DNA of 64,000 bases from a virus (taxonomy: Duplodnaviria > Heunggongvirae > Uroviricota > Caudoviricetes). The position numbers and the translations under genes are program-made. Of the stretch, positions 56,461-64,000 are shown piece after piece. The notes under the pieces were generated by a model. The model worked only from the letters and a program-made list of their open reading frames with translations. It was not told the DNA's origin and did not search any database. Position 1 is the first letter of the stretch. Every line of letters begins with the position of its first letter. The stretch lies in the IMG/VR virus record IMGVR_UViG_3300006204_000001; one strand, written 5' to 3'.

Positions 56461-57606
56461 TTACATCACCTCAAGTTCATATATTTCATCAAATTGTCCT
56501 TTAACAGTTTTATCTTTTTCATTAAATACTAATCTCTTTGGATCAGCTTCAGGTGTAGGACAACCAATAATTTCTTCTCCTGTATTAGTGTTAATTGCTT
56601 TAAACCTTGCTTTATCTTCATCTTTATGCCATTCGACTACATATTTTTTTGGAATATTCTCATATATAACTGAATTACTTGAATCTAATTCAGGACCATC
56701 CCATGTAGATGGATCAAAATTATTGCTTAATACAGAATTAGATGCCTGCGGGGTATTTGGTCTAGTACCTGTAACTTGATAAAATCCATTAGGATTATAA
56801 CTATCTGGACCACTTGATGTTGTTATATTCACATTTGATTGCATTGGCTGTTGTACAGGTGGTTGTACTGGAGGTTGCGCAAATTGACTACTTGTATCTC
56901 CAAATAATGATGATGCTATACTAGATCCTAATAATCCAAGATCATTACTATCACCTACAGAAGATGAACCGCCAAGTTCAGAATCTAATTTCTTTTGTCT
57001 CATATAAAGATCAGCAATATTCTTTTTCAAGTTACCAATTTCTCTTAAATAACCTAAAGAATTAGATCTTGATGCATTTACAGCTGCAGCTAAATCTACC
57101 ATTGTTTTATTTAATGGCATAGCATCTTTTGTGTTAGGCCCAGCCATATTTTGAAATCGTTTCTGTAATTCAATAGTAAATCTATTCTGATCTGCTACTA
57201 AATTTTTTAACATATTTAATTCAGCATTGAATTCCTTTTGGAAATTTTTCTTTTTAGGTTTTTTAGGTTTAGCTACTGTAATATCAGATGTTATATCATC
57301 ACTAATCCATTTTTTATATTTCTTTTTTCTTTTCTTTTCATCTGAATATTCAAGATCATCTCCAGTTAACCCATATAATACTTCTTTCCAATTATCTAAA
57401 TCTCTTTCTCTTTTTTCTTTTTTAGACAATTTTGTACCATCTTCTTTTTTATTTTTCTTTTCTTTCTCTTCTCTTTTCTTTTCTTGTCTCTCCATTCGTT
57501 CAATTTCTTTTTGTTCGCGTTCTTGTAAACGCTTTTCTAAAAGACTAGAATATATAGAGTGAACTGAAGACTTTACATCGTCTTCTGTATGATTATTTTT
57601 ACTCAT
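56461..57606 (-). CDS. Hypothetical protein with K/E-rich N-terminus
   Basis: 381 aa, stop abuts the next gene start. Confidence 0.75.
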   Translation of the reverse strand: MSKNNHTEDDVKSSVHSIYSSLLEKRLQEREQKEIERMERQEKKREEKEKKNKKEDGTKLSKKEKRERDLDNWKEVLYGLTGDDLEYSDEKKRKKKYKKWISDDITSDITVAKPKKPKKKNFQKEFNAELNMLKNLVADQNRFTIELQKRFQNMAGPNTKDAMPLNKTMVDLAAAVNASRSNSLGYLREIGNLKKNIADLYMRQKKLDSELGGSSSVGDSNDLGLLGSSIASSLFGDTSSQFAQPPVQPPVQQPMQSNVNITTSSGPDSYNPNGFYQVTGTRPNTPQASNSVLSNNFDPSTWDGPELDSSNSVIYENIPKKYVVEWHKDEDKARFKAINTNTGEEIIGCPTPEADPKRLVFNEKDKTVKGQFDEIYELEVM

Positions 57607-57705
57607 TATTGTAACCTCTCTTTCTTTTTAAACGATATATTCTGTTATTAGGATAGTTTAATAGGCTATTCTATATAATTATTATAATAATAGGAGGAAT
57701 TTAAA

Positions 57706-58755
57706 ATGTCAAATGCAAAAGAATTGGATTCTAAGGTAATTACAGCAGGAGGTATTATAAAACATATCTCAGAACTAAAAGAAGGAGAAAATGTGATTGA
57801 TTATGTAACAGGTGAATTATTACATGTAGAAAGCGTAGAAGAAGAACCAGGATTAAGATTTACAATGTTAACATATAATGATCATAGAACACAGATAGTT
57901 CCATTAAATGGATTAGTGTATACTGGTATTAACATAGTACCATTATTGAATATACTAGATAAATCAAAGAACAATCCTCAATTTTTAAGTATATTTAAAA
58001 AATTTTATCAAGTATATACTAAGACAGAATTATCTACTATACAGATTACAAAATCACCTTTCTTTATAGGTTGTATAGTTGTATATGGTGATGATAGTAA
58101 ATGCCCATTTGTATCATTTAAAATGGAAAAGGAAGAATTTGAAAATATTTTAATAAGATCTAAAATGAATGAGAAATATGGCTGTACAGATAAAGATGAA
58201 AATGGTAATGTAATATTACAATATAAAGATGGTCATACTTTAACATGGTCACAATATTTATCATCAGATATAATGTTTTATGATATGGAGAAAAAAGAAA
58301 TACCAACATATTTTTATTTAGCTAGAAATGATATTAAAGAAGACTTTATATCAGGTATGATAGAAATGACATTTAATCCAAAATTGGTAAATGATGGTAT
58401 AACATTATCATCAGATGATAATGAATTATTAATTCAAATAAGAAATTATTTATATCATATAGGTATTATATCAATATTTGAGATAAATAATAATCCTGCT
58501 TCTAATTTTAATTATAATCTTATTATAGTTGGATTATCAGAAAATAATTGGCCTAAATTCTTTGATAATATTCCAGTATTAAATAAATATATAGAAACAT
58601 ATGGTAGACAAAGTGCTGGTGATTTTGAATTAAGATTATCATCTATCAGAGCTATAAATTTATCAAATGTAAAATCATCATATAATATTAAAGTAAAGGA
58701 AGGTAAAAATAAAATTATCTTAACAAGTAATTATTTACCTAGAGTAACATTATAA
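57706..58755 (+). CDS. Free-standing intein-derived protein (Hint plus degenerate LAGLIDADG)
   Basis: AKELDSKVITAGG..HISELKEGENV (block A), PFFIGCIVVYGD (C), KEIPTYFYLARNDIKEDFISGMIE (D/E), LSSDDNELLIQIRNYLYHIGI (H), SYNIKVKEGKNKIILTSNYLP (F/G). No terminal HN. RBS AGGAGG. Confidence 0.65.
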   Translation: MSNAKELDSKVITAGGIIKHISELKEGENVIDYVTGELLHVESVEEEPGLRFTMLTYNDHRTQIVPLNGLVYTGINIVPLLNILDKSKNNPQFLSIFKKFYQVYTKTELSTIQITKSPFFIGCIVVYGDDSKCPFVSFKMEKEEFENILIRSKMNEKYGCTDKDENGNVILQYKDGHTLTWSQYLSSDIMFYDMEKKEIPTYFYLARNDIKEDFISGMIEMTFNPKLVNDGITLSSDDNELLIQIRNYLYHIGIISIFEINNNPASNFNYNLIIVGLSENNWPKFFDNIPVLNKYIETYGRQSAGDFELRLSSIRAINLSNVKSSYNIKVKEGKNKIILTSNYLPRVTL

Positions 58756-58764
58756 AAATATACA

Positions 58765-58787
58765 AAAGGGAGACTAAATCTCCCTTT
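58765..58787 (+). terminator. Intrinsic terminator
   Basis: AAAGGGAGA-ctaaa-TCTCCCTTT plus T tract. Confidence 0.7.
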
Positions 58788-58884
58788 ATTTTTTTTATCC
58801 TCTTTTAGATAATTATATATTTTAAACTTGATACTTAATCTAAAAATTATAAAAATAATTTTATCTTAAGGAGGATTTAAACAT

Positions 58885-60192
58885 ATGGCAACAAAAAAAG
58901 CAGTGGATATAATAGCTGATCAATTAGATATAATGCAAACATTTAATCCACTATCTGTAGCATTGAAAGAAAATGATAAAAAGAATCTATTCAATACTAA
59001 TGCAATTACAGCATTTATTAGAACTGGATATCCATTAATAGATTATTATTTTGGATCATTGATAAATGTACATGATGAATTAGGAAAATTAATTAGACAA
59101 GAACCAAGAATAGGCCAAGCAGCAGGTACATTTAACCTTATAGTAGGAGCCAGTGGTTCTGGAAAAAGTACATTAGCAGAACAAATTGCTGCATATATAC
59201 TTAGGCAATTTAAGTTAGCAAATGTTATTCATTTTGATACAGAACAACGTACAGATATTAGTAGAATTGAATCTGTAACAAAATTACCAATACAATATTT
59301 TGCAAGTAAAGATGGTAGTACTCCAAGATATATGTTAAAAAGTGGAGCAGTTAGTTTATCTATGATACAAGCTATGTTGGTACAAATGGCTGTAACTAAG
59401 ATAAGGCTTAGAGAACAAATAAAAATTAATATGGGATATAATGATGAATTTGGTAAACCTGTAATTATACTACCTCCTACCATAGTTATTATTGATTCAA
59501 TTACATCTGTTATAGATGAAACATTCAATGTTGATAATTCTAAAGAAGTAAAAGATGCAGAAAAGATGAGGAGTAATACTGAAGGAGCAAGAGATGCAAA
59601 GACTCTTAAAGGTTTCTTTAAAGATATACTTCCACTATGTAAAGAAGCCGATATTATCATTTATGGTATTAATCATATTAACACTAATATGAGTATGAAT
59701 GCATTTACTCCAGTAGCTAGACAACAAAATTATCTTAAACAAGATGAAAGTATACCAGGTGGAAAGACAATGTTATATTATCCGTATAACATTATTAAAT
59801 TAACAGCTTTGCCATCTGATAACTTTACAATGGAGAGTGATGGTTTTGAAGGTCATTTAGTTAGATTTGAACCAATTAAATCATCTTCTAATCAATCAGG
59901 CAATGATAGTAAGGGTATATCTTTTGAACAAGTATTTTCATTTAAAGAAGGATTTGATTCATTACGTTCATTAATATTATATGGAAGGGAAAATGGATTC
60001 ATAGAAGGTAATAAGACAAGATATAAATTTAAAAATGATCCAGAATGTACTTTCTCATGGAAAAATATTTATAACGAATTAAATGAAAAACCTATATGGA
60101 AAAATACTAAAGAAATAATTATTCCACATCTTGAAACACATTTACCATGGATAGAAAATAAAGAATTCAATGATTGTCTATTAGATTATTAA
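58885..60192 (+). CDS. RecA/UvsX-like recombinase
   Basis: RTGYPLID, GASGSGKSTL (Walker A), FDTEQ, VIIDSITS (Walker B), INH, PGGK. Confidence 0.8.
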   Translation: MATKKAVDIIADQLDIMQTFNPLSVALKENDKKNLFNTNAITAFIRTGYPLIDYYFGSLINVHDELGKLIRQEPRIGQAAGTFNLIVGASGSGKSTLAEQIAAYILRQFKLANVIHFDTEQRTDISRIESVTKLPIQYFASKDGSTPRYMLKSGAVSLSMIQAMLVQMAVTKIRLREQIKINMGYNDEFGKPVIILPPTIVIIDSITSVIDETFNVDNSKEVKDAEKMRSNTEGARDAKTLKGFFKDILPLCKEADIIIYGINHINTNMSMNAFTPVARQQNYLKQDESIPGGKTMLYYPYNIIKLTALPSDNFTMESDGFEGHLVRFEPIKSSSNQSGNDSKGISFEQVFSFKEGFDSLRSLILYGRENGFIEGNKTRYKFKNDPECTFSWKNIYNELNEKPIWKNTKEIIIPHLETHLPWIENKEFNDCLLDY

Positions 60193-60227
60193 AAATAAAG
60201 GGTGGTTTAATTCCACCCTTTATTTTT
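60191..60227. terminator. Bidirectional terminator
   Basis: AAAAATAAAGGGTGG-tttaatt-CCACCCTTTATTTTT. Confidence 0.8.
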
Positions 60228-60288
60228 ATATTATTTATATGATAATCCTAAATGCAGTATGTTTATTATAATCGACATAATATAAACT

Positions 60289-61122
60289 TTATAAATATTT
60301 TATAATGTAACCATCAAAATCAGCTCCAGTAATTAATATTTGTTCACATAATTTTTCGATTGTATCTTTATCAGTAACCTGTATCGTATTAAGTTTCTTA
60401 TATGATTTTTCTTTTTCATTATTTTCTTGGAATAATTGAGAGTATTTTATGGAACCATAATCAAAATCATTAGGTCTATTATATACAAATAAATCACATA
60501 TTTTTTTGCATTCTTCTTCAGATTCAGCTAATACAAACATAATATCATTAAATGATATTAATGGATAATGTACTACTAGCCAAATATTTTCTTTAGTATA
60601 ATAAACCTTATCATCAGAAAAAGGAACACTTATAGCACATTTATTATCTTTCTTAAGATTAATAATATTTATTGATGTTTTATAACCAAATTTTGTCAAA
60701 ACATTAATAACATGATTCGAAGATTCATTAGTTATTTTATTAGATACATCATCTTCAGATATATTTTCTTTTATTAATTTTGGAAAATTAATAAATTTAT
60801 AATTATCATGAAATGTACGTTTATCAAATATATGTATCTTAAATATCATTTCTGCTTCTTCTTGTGACATTGCAAATATGAAAAATACTTTTGAAATTTT
60901 ACTTGATGGATATGGAGCAACTAACCATAGATCATCTCTATAATAAGTAATAGCAACACTATTACTATTAACTACAACTATTTCTTCATTATTTATAATT
61001 TTATCATAGCCAATTTTTACACAAGTACCAAATTTAGTCATAATGCTCAAAGTTACTTTATTAAAATCTTTATTAGCTTTACTTATTTCATCAATATATT
61101 CATTTATAATATTATTTAACAT
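60289..61122 (-). CDS. Hypothetical protein with internal duplication
   Basis: MTKFG...YYRDDLWLVAPYP...FAMSQEEA versus LTKFG...YYTKENIWLVVHYP...LAESEEEC. Start at M6 behind GGAGG. Confidence 0.75.
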   Translation of the reverse strand: MLNNIINEYIDEISKANKDFNKVTLSIMTKFGTCVKIGYDKIINNEEIVVVNSNSVAITYYRDDLWLVAPYPSSKISKVFFIFAMSQEEAEMIFKIHIFDKRTFHDNYKFINFPKLIKENISEDDVSNKITNESSNHVINVLTKFGYKTSINIINLKKDNKCAISVPFSDDKVYYTKENIWLVVHYPLISFNDIMFVLAESEEECKKICDLFVYNRPNDFDYGSIKYSQLFQENNEKEKSYKKLNTIQVTDKDTIEKLCEQILITGADFDGYIIKYL

Positions 61123-61147
61123 TATAATTACCTCCATAAAATAAAAA

Positions 61148-61177
61148 TATTAGAGAGGATTCAAATCCTCTCTAATA
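61148..61177. terminator. Intrinsic terminator
   Basis: TATTAGAGAGGATT-ca-AATCCTCTCTAATA. Confidence 0.75.
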
Positions 61178-61193
61178 AATTTGTATGTTTAAT

Positions 61194-61613
61194 TTATTTT
61201 TTCTTCACGGTCTTCTTCTGCGACACTGGTTTTGTGTTTTTTGTAGTCTTGTTATTTAAAGGCTTTGTAGGTTTATTCTGATTACTGGGTTTATTGTTAA
61301 TAAGCTTTGTTTGTTTCTGCCTATTATTAGCAGGAATCTTTTCTTCTTTTGTAACCGGTACATCACCCATTACAACATTTGAACATATAGGTCCATTTTC
61401 ATTTTCACCAGTAACATTAAATGATACTTCAGCTCCTTTATCAAGACCTGTATATATACGACCTTTTGTGATACCAGAATGATGGACAAAATATTGTTTT
61501 CCATTTTTGTCTTCAATAAACCCATATCCTTTTTTAATATCAAACCATTTAACTTTACCAGTCAATGTTTGATTTTTGATTGCCTGATTGATTTTGTCTT
61601 TCATTTCTCCCAT
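61194..61613 (-). CDS. csp: Cold-shock domain protein with basic C-terminal tail
   Basis: TGKVKWFDIKKGYGFI (RNP1), YFVHHSGI (RNP2), K/N/P-rich tail. Confidence 0.9.
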   Translation of the reverse strand: MGEMKDKINQAIKNQTLTGKVKWFDIKKGYGFIEDKNGKQYFVHHSGITKGRIYTGLDKGAEVSFNVTGENENGPICSNVVMGDVPVTKEEKIPANNRQKQTKLINNKPSNQNKPTKPLNNKTTKNTKPVSQKKTVKKK

Positions 61614-61638
61614 ATAAATTTACTCCTCTTATATTAAT

Positions 61639-62421
61639 TTATTTAATTTTCGCCTTTTCTTCGCCTGCAATAATCTGTCTTACATGTGAATTTTCTTCAT
61701 ATTCTTTCAAATAAGGATCCTGAATAACTGAAAATTCAATGATATCATTAGAAATCCGATAAATATCTTCAATCTTAATTGTACCATCTACTTTCTTTGT
61801 ATCTTTATCAGCAAGCATATCATAAATAATAGGCTCAATAGCTGCAGAAAATGCAATCCATACAGATCCATTCTTAGCCTTAATTAATTTAGGATAAATA
61901 TATTCTTTAATATCAAGAATATACTTTTCATCCATTCCAAATGCTTCTTCAAGATTATCAAGAACTTTATAATCTTTCAACCATTCTTTTACCTTATCTG
62001 CATTAAACTTATAACGTTCCACAAGATTTTTCATCTCACTATTAACATATTTAATGTTATCAGAAGATGCTCCAATCTTACCATACCATCCAAAGTCTTC
62101 ATAATTTTCAATAATCTGATGACTGAATGCAATACGTAATGATGCATATGATCTATGTGGTTCAAATGATTTCTTCTTTTTCTTTTCACAATAGATTGGA
62201 ACAACCTCAACTTTCACATCTTTAACAAAAACACGTGATGTTTCAATCAGAAAATTTTCAATATCTTTTGATGTGATTCGATATGGAAATTTAACACCAA
62301 CAGGCATTATTCGTGATCTATTCTTTGGAGCAAACCCCATAAGATCAACTTCCATAGAAATATCATTCACTTCTCCACATGCACCACACACAATGGAACT
62401 ATTAATTTTTTCTTTATGCAT
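61639..62421 (-). CDS. Hypothetical protein adjacent to the RNAP subunit
   Basis: 260 aa, N-terminal CGAC. Confidence 0.75.
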   Translation of the reverse strand: MHKEKINSSIVCGACGEVNDISMEVDLMGFAPKNRSRIMPVGVKFPYRITSKDIENFLIETSRVFVKDVKVEVVPIYCEKKKKKSFEPHRSYASLRIAFSHQIIENYEDFGWYGKIGASSDNIKYVNSEMKNLVERYKFNADKVKEWLKDYKVLDNLEEAFGMDEKYILDIKEYIYPKLIKAKNGSVWIAFSAAIEPIIYDMLADKDTKKVDGTIKIEDIYRISNDIIEFSVIQDPYLKEYEENSHVRQIIAGEEKAKIK

Positions 62422-62522
62422 TGCGTATTCCTCCTTTTATTTGGCAATGTTTATTTTGTTAATCACCTTGTATCATATATAAAAAGTTTTTATTACATGA
62501 TACAAATAAAGAATATATCATT

Positions 62523-63919
62523 TTATTCTATATCTTCAATTATATCATCTGGATTTAATGTATATAATGTTACTACACTGACATGCTTTGCTTTCAATGC
62601 CAAATTTAAATCAGCATGTGAAATTTGTATACCAAATAATCCAGCATATTCAATATCCAACATATAGAATAGTCTACCTGCACACTTCTCACATATACAT
62701 TCATCTTTGCATGACATAGGTGATCTCATTTTAACTGTTTTACCTACATATTTATTTATATTATCTTTGGTTAATAATACAAGACTATCACCTTCTGCAA
62801 TATATGTATATAATACATTATCTTTATTCTTTTTAGTAATTTTTAATGGTATAAGATTTTTAGTACCGCAGTCTGTTCCTTCTGCTGCACATCTCATCAT
62901 CTGTAATAATGCCAAAATCTTCTTTCCAAGATATCCAGCATCAGCAGTACCAATAGATGCTGGGAATTGAGATGCTAATATACTATTAGCATGTGCAGGT
63001 ATATCATGTACATCTATACCATCCATAAATGATGTACCAATGAAATCATATTCATTAGTAATTTTATTTAATACTGCACCTTTGATAATAGAATTATTTT
63101 TATAATTATTAGCAAAATCAAGATCACCTGATAAATATAAATCCATACCAGGATCATCTTTTAATAATTCTTTTGCATAATCAATTAATTCTTTACTAAT
63201 ATTAGTCATAACATCTACATTACCACTAGCTAATTCTTTTTCATATTTTTTAATTAATTCTTTCTTTTTAGCTGTTATCTCTGGTAAGGGACTTAACATT
63301 TTTTCTGATAATGTATGTGCTAACATTCCATTCAACCAATAACCAAGATTATCTCGTCTATCTACATAAGCATTAAATTCTTTTTTACCTATTTTATTCT
63401 CTTGCCATAATTGAGCAATCAAATTATCAAGATCACCTAGTTTACCCTTATTTATAACTTCATTGATATAATGAGTTAAAGATATAACTCCTGATCCTTC
63501 TAATAAGAATTTATTCATAACGAATCTACCTATAGTAGTATCAATCTTTGGTTGATTATTATAGAAATAATTTGCAGGTACTACAAATTTATCCCATGTA
63601 TTATGTTTGCATTTAATTTTCTTAGTAGAATTACCATTAGTACAATCCACTCTATCAGCAAACATTTTTGTTAGAAAAGATAAAGTAAAATTATCTGGAT
63701 TCATATTTATATAAGTTAAATGATCTGATTCATTTACTAACTTAGCTTCTTTTCCATCTTTAGTTAATTCATAGAAAGAGTTAAATACCTCTTTAGCTGT
63801 TACTTTAGCATTAGTACCTGTTATAGCTAAACAACTCATTTTAGTACCCATAATCATTTCTGCTTCAGCATTAGCTTCATCAGAATATATACCTCTTTCT
63901 GATACCTGATCTCCATCAA
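62523..63919 (-). CDS. 3' exon of a second RNAP beta'-like catalytic subunit, probably virion RNAP (phiKZ gp180-like)
   Basis: The frame is open upstream of the track start to TT GAT GGA GAT CAG (F/x-DGDQ), then stop-closed with no start codon. Bridge helix TADAGYLGKK, DCGT, RSPMSC...CEKCAG Zn site. Confidence 0.85.
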
Positions 63920-64000
63920 CATATACAAGAAACTTTTTTATTTATATATTATATTTATCGAGCATATACAGTATAATAAGTGAAGAGATAGTCTACCAGT
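63920..64000 (-). ncRNA. Probable 3' end of a group I intron at the DF^DGD site (truncated by the window)
   Basis: G at 63920 precedes TTGATGG, the same phase-1 junction as the 21522..23231 intron. The core is not visible in the window. Confidence 0.55.

Noticed and set aside
454-62970. Numerous 60-143 aa ORFs antisense to long genes (e.g. 454, 4521, 5071, 9120, 10329, 17409, 57227, 59229, 62707)
   Set aside because: They lie opposite well-supported CDSs, lack RBSs and have the F/L/I/S-rich composition expected of antisense frames in AT-rich DNA.

Overview
A very AT-rich (roughly 25% GC by eye), gene-dense segment of a phiKZ/AR9-like jumbo phage, probably infecting a Firmicutes host (strong AGGAGG RBSs, NAD-dependent ligase, GyrA/ParC-type topoisomerase). 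It encodes parts of two multisubunit RNA polymerases, a split family-B DNA polymerase, LigA, a RecA/UvsX-like recombinase, a degenerate SF1B helicase, tail and virion proteins, a QueC-like enzyme and a SPASM radical SAM enzyme. The ORF track hides extensive self-splicing content. Five complete group I introns and the probable 3' end of a sixth can be read directly from P1/P7/P10 pairings, and all lie in known or putative transcription genes. One beta' gene is in four exons, including a 13-nt exon that carries part of the NADFDGD catalytic motif. Its last intron carries two ORFs on opposite strands and ends in A instead of the near-universal G. Two apparently active mini-inteins sit in GyrA and inside the CxxxCxxC motif of the radical SAM enzyme. 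Two free-standing ORFs look like inteins that have lost all splicing and nuclease catalytic residues, possibly domesticated. All functional calls are from motif recognition by eye; no database searches were run.
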